Source of the DNA: Gemmatimonadales bacterium
GTDB lineage: Bacteria > Gemmatimonadota > Gemmatimonadetes > Gemmatimonadales > GWC2-71-9
Direction: 5' to 3'
Assembly: GCA_035631315.1 (NCBI GenBank)
Contig: DASQIZ010000069.1
Location: forward strand, 409-64,408
Length of the DNA stretch: 64,000 nucleotides
Made by a program: the position numbers and the translations under genes. Each line of letters opens with the position of its first letter. The stretch's first letter is position 1. Positions 1 through 8,330 of the stretch are shown in pieces. The notes below the pieces were generated by a model that worked only from the letters and a program-made list of their open reading frames with translations, searched no databases and was not told the origin of the DNA.

Positions 1-70
1 CGGTCGCACGGGTCACTGTCAACCGAAACGAGTGGCGTAAGTCTTGATGGCGCCGATATATTGCGCGCCT

Positions 71-631
71 ATGTCGATCAAATCAGACCGCTGGATCCGG
101 CGGATGGCGAAGGAGCACGGAATGATCGAGCCCTTTGCCGAAGATCAGGTCCGCGAGGGCGTAATTTCCTACGGAGTGTCGTCCTACGGCTACGACATGC
201 GGGTGGCCAAGGACTTCAAGATCTTCACCAATGCCCTGTCGGCCATCGTCGACCCGAAGGGTTTCGACCCGAAATCCTTCGTCGAGTTCGCCGGCGACGT
301 TTGCGTGGTTCCCCCCAATTCGTTCGCCCTGGCCCGCTCGGTCGAATACTTCCGGATTCCCCGGGAGATTCTGACCGTGTGCGTCGGCAAGAGCACCTAT
401 GCCCGCTGCGGGATCATCACCAACGTCACGCCCTTTGAGCCGGAGTGGGAGGGCCACGTGACGCTCGAGATTTCGAACACCACGCCCCTGCCCGCCAAGA
501 TCTACGCCAACGAGGGCATCGCGCAGGTGTTGTTCTTCGAGTCGGACAAGGATGACGTCTGCGAGCGGAGCTACAAGGACAAGAAGGGCAAATACCAGGC
601 ACAGCGCGGGATCACTTTGCCCAGGATCTAA
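71..631 (+). CDS. dcd: dCTP deaminase
   Basis: ORF 44..631. From [21 protein letters not shown] the product matches the Dcd family N-terminus as I know it. Start moved to ATG 71, because TTG 44 / ATG 47 add 9 atypical residues. Confidence 0.9.
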   Translation: MSIKSDRWIRRMAKEHGMIEPFAEDQVREGVISYGVSSYGYDMRVAKDFKIFTNALSAIVDPKGFDPKSFVEFAGDVCVVPPNSFALARSVEYFRIPREILTVCVGKSTYARCGIITNVTPFEPEWEGHVTLEISNTTPLPAKIYANEGIAQVLFFESDKDDVCERSYKDKKGKYQAQRGITLPRI

Positions 632-632
632 A

Positions 633-745
633 GGAGTCGAGAAGCAAACCGTCGAGAGGTACTACGTCGAGAAGCACTGCGTGAGCGTTACGCGCCTTGT
701 TTCTCGACGTTTGGCTTCTCGACGCCTTGCATCTCGACGTTTTCT
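633..745. repeat. GTCGAG-phased long imperfect palindrome, copy 1 (probable bidirectional terminator-like hairpin)
   Basis: GTCGAG at 636/651/666 and CTCGAC at 703/718/733, with 15-bp phasing. The arms are mutually complementary around ~687. A T-rich tail GTTTTCTTGCTTG follows on the + strand. Confidence 0.7.
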
Positions 746-3030
746 TGCTTGTGATAAGCGTAGGCGACGCCGAGCGTGATCGCCGCCAGGACGAAGAACG
801 CGCCGATCCGATACAGCGCCTCGAGCTGTGACAGATCGTAGAGGAGCACCTTACCAGTGGCGATGAGCGCCACTGCCAGTCCCGCTGATCGCACCACCTT
901 TTGGTCCCGCCGGAACCCGATCGCCACCGCCCCGGCGGCGAATACCAGCCACCACACCGACAACGCGAGATCCCCCGCGAGCGTCGAGCCCGAGGGCCTC
1001 GCGAAGTAGCGCTGAATGTTCACGGAACCACCTACCAGGAGGGCGGCACCGAAGGCCCACCAGATGGCGTGGCGGGCTTCGCCCTCCCGCTGTTCATCCC
1101 CGACGAACCAACTGGCCATCAAGACCGCGATCACGAGCGCTGCATAGAGTGACAACGCCCAGGGATCGAAAAAGGCAGACGCGAGGTCCACGCGCTCCAC
1201 CAGCGCATACGTAAAGAGCGACAGGAGCCCGACGCCGTAGACGGCGAGCCCGGTCGGCAAGAGCGCCAGGTATTTCCGGCGCGCGTAGACGGCAGTCAGC
1301 CCGGCGGCATAGATCATCCACCACACGCTCACCACCGCGCTCCCGGATGCTGCACCGGAAGCACCGGTGAAGAACGCGAGGATGTTCACGGACATTCCCA
1401 TGAGCAGCGTGGCGCCGCCGATCCACCACACGACCTGACGTGGCACGACGGATTCGCCTTGGTCGGCTTTCCAACACCACACCACAAGCGCGCCTGCCGC
1501 GAGTACGGACCAAAGCCCCATGGCCCAGGCGTCTGTGAACGCCGAAGTGCCGGACGGGCGACTCGGCAACGCGTACAGGAGGAGCGCTCCCGCACCGAGC
1601 GCGTAGAGTCCGACCGCCGAAGCCTGAAGTCCGGGCCGCCTGCCCATCACGTGCGCCCCGGCGGCAGCGCTCGCGAGCAACGCCCACCCCACCGCCGCTC
1701 CGACCGGATCGAACTGGATGCCGATCGCAACGGCCCAGAGCGCGAAGCCAACCATCAACGCGTGTGCGCGGTGGTGGATCCAGCCGTCAATCAGAAATGG
1801 GAGCGCGATCACCGCGGGAATAACCGCCAGATGACGCGCCAGGATACTCGGCGCGAATCCCAGCCCGAACCCAAGCAGCACAACGGGCGAGACGAGATAG
1901 AGCAGCGCCTCATCGAATCGCTGGGCGCGCTCCTTTCCAAAGGCCTCCGTGTCACGGAGGTTCGCGAAGAGCACGGCGGACATCAGAACCATCACTCCGA
2001 GCGCGGGCCAACGCACCGCGTCAGTCGCGTCCTTGGCGTCCGGCATTCCCGCGGTGAGCAGGATCCACGCCCCGAACGCCGTAATGATCCGTGTCTCCCA
2101 CCACGCACGGCGGCGCCGGGAAACCTCGGCACCGAGTGCTACGCCGACGAACAAGAATGAGAGGCCCACGCCACCCACGAGGGCGCTTGGGTCGTGCAAT
2201 GACAGGATGAGCGCGGCAAGCCCCAGGTATCCGAGAGCGGCGATGAGCATGGTGCGACGCCATTCCATGGCGTACGCGACGATCGCGCCGCCAATCCCCA
2301 CGACTTCCGTGTATCCGAGGAACAGCTGAGGATTGGGAGTCGGGGTCCTGAGCGCGAGCGGCGCGCCAAACGCACCGATCAGCGCGCTGATGGCGAGCCC
2401 CTCGATCTCGTAGCGCTGGGCCAGCAGCGCGAAGGCCGTCGCGGTTATCGCGAGGACGATGATGCCGACCCGGCGGTCGATCAGCGCGAAGGGGCCCGCG
2501 GCGGCCCAGATGCCGAGATAGATGAGACCGCCACCGGCCCCAACCACCGGTCCGCCGTACTTACGCATGTCGCGCTGGATGAGGGTGTGACCCCATGCCG
2601 CGAGCCCGATTCCCGCGCCGATCGCGATCACGGATCGCACCAAGGGCGGGATCCAGTGGTGCTCGAAGGCGTAGTCGAGGAAGAACGCGCCCGTCGCGAG
2701 GAGCGCAACGACGCCGACAATCAGGAGGCCCCGTCGTCCGATCCATTCCTCCAGATCGAGCTTGGGGTGGTCCTCCACCGTCTCGGACGACGGTTCACGT
2801 TCAGCGGCCATTGAAAGCGAATGAACCGGGGGCGCTGCTGCTGCGGGGGGGGCACTGGCGGCGGCGTCCAGCTGATGTTCCACGGCGACGACGGGACGGG
2901 CGCGCGGGCGCTCGGGAGCGGCGTCCACACGGGGGGCGCCCGGCATGCGGGCCAGTACCTGCCGAAGGAGTGTTTCGAGCTGCTCGACGCGTCGCTCGAG
3001 CCGCTCGAACCGGCCTTCGAAGTCGGTCAC
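688..3030 (-). CDS. large polytopic membrane protein, DUF2339-like
   Basis: 780-aa ORF with an N-terminal coiled-coil-like segment (FERLERRVEQLETLLRQV), then more than 20 hydrophobic helices. The 3' tail (..VEMQGVEKPNVEKQGA) is encoded by repeat copy 1. Confidence 0.6.
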   Translation of the reverse strand: MTDFEGRFERLERRVEQLETLLRQVLARMPGAPRVDAAPERPRARPVVAVEHQLDAAASAPPAAAAPPVHSLSMAAEREPSSETVEDHPKLDLEEWIGRRGLLIVGVVALLATGAFFLDYAFEHHWIPPLVRSVIAIGAGIGLAAWGHTLIQRDMRKYGGPVVGAGGGLIYLGIWAAAGPFALIDRRVGIIVLAITATAFALLAQRYEIEGLAISALIGAFGAPLALRTPTPNPQLFLGYTEVVGIGGAIVAYAMEWRRTMLIAALGYLGLAALILSLHDPSALVGGVGLSFLFVGVALGAEVSRRRRAWWETRIITAFGAWILLTAGMPDAKDATDAVRWPALGVMVLMSAVLFANLRDTEAFGKERAQRFDEALLYLVSPVVLLGFGLGFAPSILARHLAVIPAVIALPFLIDGWIHHRAHALMVGFALWAVAIGIQFDPVGAAVGWALLASAAAGAHVMGRRPGLQASAVGLYALGAGALLLYALPSRPSGTSAFTDAWAMGLWSVLAAGALVVWCWKADQGESVVPRQVVWWIGGATLLMGMSVNILAFFTGASGAASGSAVVSVWWMIYAAGLTAVYARRKYLALLPTGLAVYGVGLLSLFTYALVERVDLASAFFDPWALSLYAALVIAVLMASWFVGDEQREGEARHAIWWAFGAALLVGGSVNIQRYFARPSGSTLAGDLALSVWWLVFAAGAVAIGFRRDQKVVRSAGLAVALIATGKVLLYDLSQLEALYRIGAFFVLAAITLGVAYAYHKQENVEMQGVEKPNVEKQGA

Positions 3031-3446
3031 CCGGCGGCGGCTGGCTTGCGGCTACCGGCGACGGTGATCACGAGGACGGCGGCCAGGCTGATCAGGAGCT
3101 TCCACTTCCACTCGACTTCAGTCGCCGGTACGAAGACCTGAAGCAGGTCGAACAGGAAATCAAAGGCGCCGATGAGCAGGCCGAGCAGCACGGTGGGCTG
3201 GAGGACGCGGCCGAATTGCATGAGTGCGCCGGCCGCCACCAGCGCAAGGGCACCCTGCCCCGCGGAAATGGCGAGTACCCCGCTCCCCTCATCGAGCAGG
3301 TTGTGGATGATCGCCGCCCGGTGGACCAGGTGGCTGAAGAGGTAGGTGTCGAAGAGGAGGACGACGATCCCCGCCACCGCGGCGCAGACGGTCGCCCACA
3401 CCGCAAACCACACTACCACCCGGGACTGGTCGTTCGCGTCGGCCAT
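3027..3446 (-). CDS. small integral membrane protein (about 4 TM), function unknown
   Basis: 139-aa hydrophobic ORF. Its stop overlaps the start of the DUF2339-like gene (ATGA), implying co-translation. Confidence 0.5.
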   Translation of the reverse strand: MADANDQSRVVVWFAVWATVCAAVAGIVVLLFDTYLFSHLVHRAAIIHNLLDEGSGVLAISAGQGALALVAAGALMQFGRVLQPTVLLGLLIGAFDFLFDLLQVFVPATEVEWKWKLLISLAAVLVITVAGSRKPAAAG

Positions 3447-3496
3447 GAGTCCGTTCCGTAAGGACCGCCCAATCTGCGACTGGACCCGATTTCGCG

Positions 3497-5587
3497 CTAG
3501 CGCAGGGCCGCGCGGGCGTCCTCCAGCGCAGTGCGGGCGCCATCGATGCGGGACGCCAGGTCCGCGATCTCCCGCGCCGTCACCGCCTGATCGCCATACC
3601 GGATCGCCTCGGCCACCGTGGGAAACGCGAGGGTGGCGTACCCGTTGTCCACGTCAGACGCGAACTGCAGGCTCTTGAACCAGCTGCCCGCGTAGGTCAG
3701 CCCCTGCGGCCGGGTGAGACGGCGCTCCACCTGCATCAGCGCGCGCGTGACGCCTGCGGCCTTGGCGGTCGACAACGTCCCGGCAAGGCTCGAATCCCGC
3801 GCTGCCGCGAATGCCCGGGCACTCGTGATGAAGTGGTCGAGGGCCGCCTTCACCGCTTCGGTGTTCACGGACCAGCCTTTGCGGGAAATCCCCGTGTCGA
3901 GCTCGTTGACGAGCTCACGCATTTCCGCTCCAAACGCGGCGTAGTCGAGTGGAGCGACTGGCGCGTTCGCGAGCCGGGCAACAATCACGGCGTCCAGCTG
4001 CGCCGCGGTGCGGTGGGCCCGATACCCCGGGTCGCCGAAGGTCGTCATCCACTCGTAGTCGTCATACATGGAGTGGTAGACGCCTCCCGGGCCTCCGAAG
4101 CCTATTTCCCCGGCCGGGATACCCAAGTGGTGGTAGAACCCGGCGAAGTCCGATCCCCCACCCATGTTGCCGAGATCGAGCGCGGTCGTGTCGCCATGGT
4201 GCGCGGCCAGCCACGCGTCATACAGGGTGCCTGGACCCGAAAGCGCGGGGACGACCCGGGTCGAAGCGCGAATCAGGGGCTTCAGCGAAGGCGAGCCGGC
4301 GCCACCGAAGTTGGTGCCCGTCGCCATGGCGTCTTCGTTGATATAGGCCACGGCGCGGAGCTGGAGCGAGTCCGCCATCTGTTCCACCCACTCGGTCGAT
4401 CCGACATCTCCCCACTCTTCGGCGTCCCAGGTTGCGAAGATGATGGTGCGCGCTGGACGGATTCCCTTCTTCGCCAGCTCCCCGAACGCGCGGGCCGTCG
4501 CGAGTACCGTGGTGGTGCCGGTGATGTTGTCATCGGCCCCCGGTCCCCAGGCATCGCGGTGGGCGCCCATCACGATCCACTGGTCGGGGTACGTCGTGCC
4601 GCGGATCATCCCGAAGGTGTCCCAGATGGGGTGCATGGCGTGCACCCCCTGCTCCACACGGAGCACGAGATGGACCTGCGCCGGTCCGGGACCGACGTGG
4701 TACCGGAAGGGGAGTCCACCCTGCCATGGCTGGGGCACCGACGGGCCGCCGAGGAGGCTCAGGATTTTCTGCGCGTTGCCGTACCCGATGGGGATGACGG
4801 GGATGTGCGGTACGTCCAACGAATCGAACGGTACGCGACGCGCGCCGGGGAGCGACGCGTATCCCGGTGTCGTCGGGTCACCATCGGGGTTCAGCACACT
4901 GCCCCGCTGGATGCCACCCCAGGGCCGCATCGGGCCCTTCGGATAGACGTCGCCGCGAACATATCCGTCCTCGGCGGGATCCGAGTAGAGAATGAGCCCG
5001 AGCGCGCCATGCCGCTCGGCTTCGCGCGCCTTGATGCCGCGGTAGGAGCGCCCGTAGCGGGCGATCACGACCTTGCCTTTGACGCTGATACCGAGCGAGT
5101 CGAGAGTCCGGTAGTCCTCGATCAGCCCATAGCCGACGTAGACGGCATCACCGGTGACGTTGCCGCTCGCCGCGGTGCCGTTGAAGGCGAGAACCCGGGG
5201 TCCCATGGAGGTTGAGTCACCGGGAACGGCAGGCTCGGCGAGTGAGATCGGCTGCGGGGCGGCACCAGGTGCCGGGATGAGCCAGAGTGCCGAGGAATCC
5301 GGCTGAGGCAGAAAGACGTCGTACGTGGTGTACGACGTTTCAAGACCCCACGACTTCATGAGATTCAGCACGTAGTCGCGCGTCACGGCCTGCTGCGGTG
5401 TCCCCGACATGTGCGGGACCTTGCTCAGCGCCTTCGTCCACAGCCGGGCCGACTGCGTATCGGGGCTCGCGATCAGCGCGCGCTCGATCGAATCCTCGCG
5501 GGCGGCAGCGGAGGGAGAGAAGCCGACCTGTTGGGATGCGAGCGTGACGGGGGCGGCGACAAGCAAGGCAAGCACGACTGGGCGCAT
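3497..5587 (-). CDS. exported M28-family metallopeptidase (PA domain plus transferrin-receptor-like dimerisation domain; glutamate carboxypeptidase II-like)
   Basis: Domain order is recognisable by eye (PA-like insert, M28 core ..HRDAWGPGADDN.., C-terminal helical domain). Start set at ATG 5587 (MRPVVLALLVAAPVTLASQQ signal peptide) with GAGAGG 5 nt upstream. Confidence 0.8.
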   Translation of the reverse strand: MRPVVLALLVAAPVTLASQQVGFSPSAAAREDSIERALIASPDTQSARLWTKALSKVPHMSGTPQQAVTRDYVLNLMKSWGLETSYTTYDVFLPQPDSSALWLIPAPGAAPQPISLAEPAVPGDSTSMGPRVLAFNGTAASGNVTGDAVYVGYGLIEDYRTLDSLGISVKGKVVIARYGRSYRGIKAREAERHGALGLILYSDPAEDGYVRGDVYPKGPMRPWGGIQRGSVLNPDGDPTTPGYASLPGARRVPFDSLDVPHIPVIPIGYGNAQKILSLLGGPSVPQPWQGGLPFRYHVGPGPAQVHLVLRVEQGVHAMHPIWDTFGMIRGTTYPDQWIVMGAHRDAWGPGADDNITGTTTVLATARAFGELAKKGIRPARTIIFATWDAEEWGDVGSTEWVEQMADSLQLRAVAYINEDAMATGTNFGGAGSPSLKPLIRASTRVVPALSGPGTLYDAWLAAHHGDTTALDLGNMGGGSDFAGFYHHLGIPAGEIGFGGPGGVYHSMYDDYEWMTTFGDPGYRAHRTAAQLDAVIVARLANAPVAPLDYAAFGAEMRELVNELDTGISRKGWSVNTEAVKAALDHFITSARAFAAARDSSLAGTLSTAKAAGVTRALMQVERRLTRPQGLTYAGSWFKSLQFASDVDNGYATLAFPTVAEAIRYGDQAVTAREIADLASRIDGARTALEDARAALR

Positions 5588-5597
5588 AACCCTCTCA

Positions 5598-5714
5598 GAG
5601 AAAAAGGCGTCGAGCAGAGGCGTCAAGAAAAGACGTCGAGCAAAGACGTAAGAAGCTAATACGTATCTGCTCGACGCCCTTGCTCGACGTCTTCGCTCGA
5701 CGCCTTCGCCGTTT
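5598..5714. repeat. GTCGAG-phased long imperfect palindrome, copy 2 (terminator-like)
   Basis: CGTCGAG/CGTCAAG at 5608/5621/5634 and CTCGACG at 5670/5683/5696, with 13-bp phasing. About 36 of 45 arm positions are complementary by hand alignment. On the minus strand it is followed by CCTTTTTCTCTGAGAGG. Confidence 0.7.
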
Positions 5715-8186
5715 TCAGCCCTTCGGATTCAGAATGCGATCGATCCTCGCCCTGAGATCGGTGAGATGGTTCCTCGTATCCCGGTCTTTGACTCGGGGCA
5801 ACGCGGCCGCGATCCGGCCATCGAGGTCCCGGAGGGCTCCGCGGGTGGCGGCCGTCGCCTCCGGAGGACGCGGGGCCGGCGGGATGAAGCCCGGGAAATT
5901 CGGGAATCGTTGCTCGGGTACCGGCTGGAACTTGAGGCCGAGCTGATCGACGTAGGCTCGCTCCAGATTGCGACGGTAGACGTCGATGGATGCGCCCGTC
6001 GCCAGCTCCGAGAACAACCCGCCGGAGAGGTCCGACAGCAGGTCAGAGAGCTTGTATGCCGGGGCGTCCGCGCTCTGCGTCGCTTCCTGTTCTACCAGGC
6101 GGTTCCAGCGGCTGTCGTTCAACAGGCCGTTCAGAATCCCGGACTGCGCGCGGCCGATCTGATCGACGATTCCATTCTGCTTGGTGAGCCGGATGATCTG
6201 CTCGTCGAGGAGCCAGGTCGGCGTCTTGAACGCGTTATCCGCCAGGAACCGCACCGCGGCCTGCTGACGGGCGCGCGGGGCGGCCGTGAAGATGGCGCCC
6301 GCCTGGTCCGGGTACCGCTCGGCGCGGTACACGCCGCCGACGATGGTGACGACGTGCCCCAGCTCACGCTGCCACTGCCCCACGACCTGGTCGTACATCT
6401 CGTTCAAGTCGTCGTAGTCGGCGAGATGGTCGGCCGTGGTGGCGGGGATCAGCATGGGCACCACGCGCTTCAGGTTCATGATCCCGTAGCGCGTCGACGC
6501 GATGCCGTCGCTCCCCAGATCCTCCGTTTGCGCCTCCGGATCGATCCCATCGGCGTTGCCGAACCGGAGCATCGGGTTGTGATCCTGCAGGCGCGCCAGC
6601 GAATCCAGGTACGGCCGCTCGGACTGTGGCGTCGCGGCGTTCGGGATGAAGTGATAGCCCCAGTTGACGGCGTAGTAGTCGTACGGCCCCTGGGTCGGGA
6701 TGAGCGTCGCACCGTCACCGGGCTGGGCCACGTAGTTGAACCGGCCGTAGTCCATGATGGACGCTTCGTCCGTGTACTTCGCCGTGAAGGTCCTGGATCG
6801 GAGTGAGTCGGTCGGATACGACGACGACGCTTTCATGTTGTGCGGGAAGCCGAGGGTGTGGCCGACCTCGTGGGCAACGACGTACATGAGGAAGCGGCCC
6901 ATCATCGAGTCCGGCATGGGGAGCCGCGCCGTGCGGGGATCATCGGGTCCGACCTGCACGAAGTACCAATCCCGAACCAGGTTCATCACGTTGTGATAGA
7001 ACCCGATCGAGGTCTGCAGGATTTCGCCGGTCCGCGGATCCGAGATGTGCGGGCCGTAGGCGTTCTCGGTCGGCGATGGGAGCCAGCGCACGGATGAATA
7101 CCGTGCGTCTTCGAGCGAGAACTTCGGATCCTCGGACTTGGTGGGGACGTCGCGGGCTTGAATGGCGTTCGACAACCCGGCCGCGCGGAAGAGCGGCTCC
7201 CAGCTCTCGATGCCTTTCTTGAGCCACGGAACCCATTGAGCCGGAGTGGCCGGATCGATGTAGAAGACGATCGGCTTGACGGGATCGCTCACGGCCGCCG
7301 TCGTGTCCTTCGGCTCGAGCCGCCACCGCGCGATGTAGCAGCGCTTCGCCGTCCGCTGTTCGTCGGTGCCGTAATCTTCCTGATTCACCGAGAAATAGCC
7401 GACGCGGTTATCGCAGAGCCGGGCCTTCGCCGGGCGCGCGGGCAGGAGGACCATCGAATAGTGCATCAGCGCCGTCTCGGTGGCTGCCGCGGGATTCACG
7501 TTCGCGCTGTCCGAGCGATACGTCTGCAACGCCTCGACTTCGACGTTCGTCGGGAAGGTCGTCACGCGCTCGATCAGGGACCGGGAGGGATCGATCGCGC
7601 TCGCCCGTAGCTGCCGGCGGGGCGAGAACTCCGGCATGTCGGCCGTGAACAGGCGGCTCACGTCGATGACGGCATTCGAATCGGCGTTGGGGCTGTACGC
7701 GGCGACGTCGAATGCGGCCAGCACCGGCTCGAAGTTCGACATCCGCACCGCGTGCGAGACCGGCTCCGTGGAATCCGCCACCACTGAATAGCTCACGCCG
7801 CGCAGCAGGATCCGGTTGCCCCGCCGCTGCCACCGCACCACACGGTCCGCGTACTCCTCACCTGCGTAGCGCGTCCCGGCCGGGGCGGCCGTGTACCGCA
7901 TCACCAGGAGGAACGGCTTTTCGAGGGCCGCGCGCGGGATCTCGTAGAACAGCTTGTCGCCCAGCTGATGGATGATGAAGACACCCGAGTCGGTGGTCGC
8001 CTTGTCGGTGATCACCTGGCCGTAGGGCTTGGGACCCTCCGGCTGCTGGGGCCGCTCGGCACGGGGCTGGTCACCGGCATTTCCCGGAGCGCCCTGCCCC
8101 GGGCGAGTCGGCGTGGGCTGTTGAGCGGCCAGGCTGACGGGCACGGCGAGTGCCAGGACGCGCAGGAGTGACGGCAAGAAGCGCAT
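5715..8186 (-). CDS. exported zinc-dependent metalloprotease (HExxH..GFPHN type, DUF5117/DUF4953-like architecture)
   Basis: Motif VVAHEVGHTLGFPHN. Start set at ATG 8186 (MRFLPSLLRVLALAVPVSLAAQQ signal). The 31 upstream codons of the track ORF come from repeat copy 3. Confidence 0.8.
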   Translation of the reverse strand: MRFLPSLLRVLALAVPVSLAAQQPTPTRPGQGAPGNAGDQPRAERPQQPEGPKPYGQVITDKATTDSGVFIIHQLGDKLFYEIPRAALEKPFLLVMRYTAAPAGTRYAGEEYADRVVRWQRRGNRILLRGVSYSVVADSTEPVSHAVRMSNFEPVLAAFDVAAYSPNADSNAVIDVSRLFTADMPEFSPRRQLRASAIDPSRSLIERVTTFPTNVEVEALQTYRSDSANVNPAAATETALMHYSMVLLPARPAKARLCDNRVGYFSVNQEDYGTDEQRTAKRCYIARWRLEPKDTTAAVSDPVKPIVFYIDPATPAQWVPWLKKGIESWEPLFRAAGLSNAIQARDVPTKSEDPKFSLEDARYSSVRWLPSPTENAYGPHISDPRTGEILQTSIGFYHNVMNLVRDWYFVQVGPDDPRTARLPMPDSMMGRFLMYVVAHEVGHTLGFPHNMKASSSYPTDSLRSRTFTAKYTDEASIMDYGRFNYVAQPGDGATLIPTQGPYDYYAVNWGYHFIPNAATPQSERPYLDSLARLQDHNPMLRFGNADGIDPEAQTEDLGSDGIASTRYGIMNLKRVVPMLIPATTADHLADYDDLNEMYDQVVGQWQRELGHVVTIVGGVYRAERYPDQAGAIFTAAPRARQQAAVRFLADNAFKTPTWLLDEQIIRLTKQNGIVDQIGRAQSGILNGLLNDSRWNRLVEQEATQSADAPAYKLSDLLSDLSGGLFSELATGASIDVYRRNLERAYVDQLGLKFQPVPEQRFPNFPGFIPPAPRPPEATAATRGALRDLDGRIAAALPRVKDRDTRNHLTDLRARIDRILNPKG

Positions 8187-8197
8187 GGAGACAGACC

Positions 8198-8330
8198 TCA
8201 GAAAAGGAGAATGCGTCGAGAAGCACGGCGTCGAGAAACAAGGCGTCGAGGGGTGAGCCGTCAAGAGATCGATCGTCAACGTTTTGTCTCTCGATCGGCC
8301 TCTCGACGTCGTACTTCTTGACGTCAGTCT
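8198..8330. repeat. GTCGAG-phased long imperfect palindrome, copy 3 (terminator-like)
   Basis: CGTCGAG at 8214/8229/8244, CGTCAAG 8259, CGTCAAC 8274, then CTCGATCG 8289, CTCGACG 8302, CTTGACG 8317, with ~15-bp phasing. On the minus strand it is followed by TTCTCCTTTTCTGAGG. Confidence 0.7.

Noticed and set aside
3833-5215. 460-aa + strand ORF (and similar long ORFs at 5766..6806, 8150..9400, 10970..11929, 12011..12847, 16376..17314, 18840..20078, 21270..22421, 24473..25492, 25174..26196, 26805..28262, 27527..28819, 28829..29935, 30310..32157, 35761..37119, 37908..39056, 40582..41799, 42055..43125, 45794..46858, 46946..48214, 49259..50701, 55986..57455, 57509..58759, 59521..60339, 60393..61367, 62994..63746)
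   Set aside because: All lie antisense to, or out of frame with, genes that have strong family signatures. Their translations are Arg/Gly/Pro/His-rich low-complexity sequences typical of shadow ORFs in high-GC DNA, and none shows a recognisable motif.
633-8330. GTCGAG repeat clusters considered as CRISPR arrays or as a transposon/MITE with terminal inverted repeats flanking the two peptidase genes
   Set aside because: The units are only 13-15 bp with no spacer-sized unique segments, so this is not CRISPR. No transposase is present, there are no target-site duplications, and each copy is a self-contained palindrome rather than one end of a composite element.
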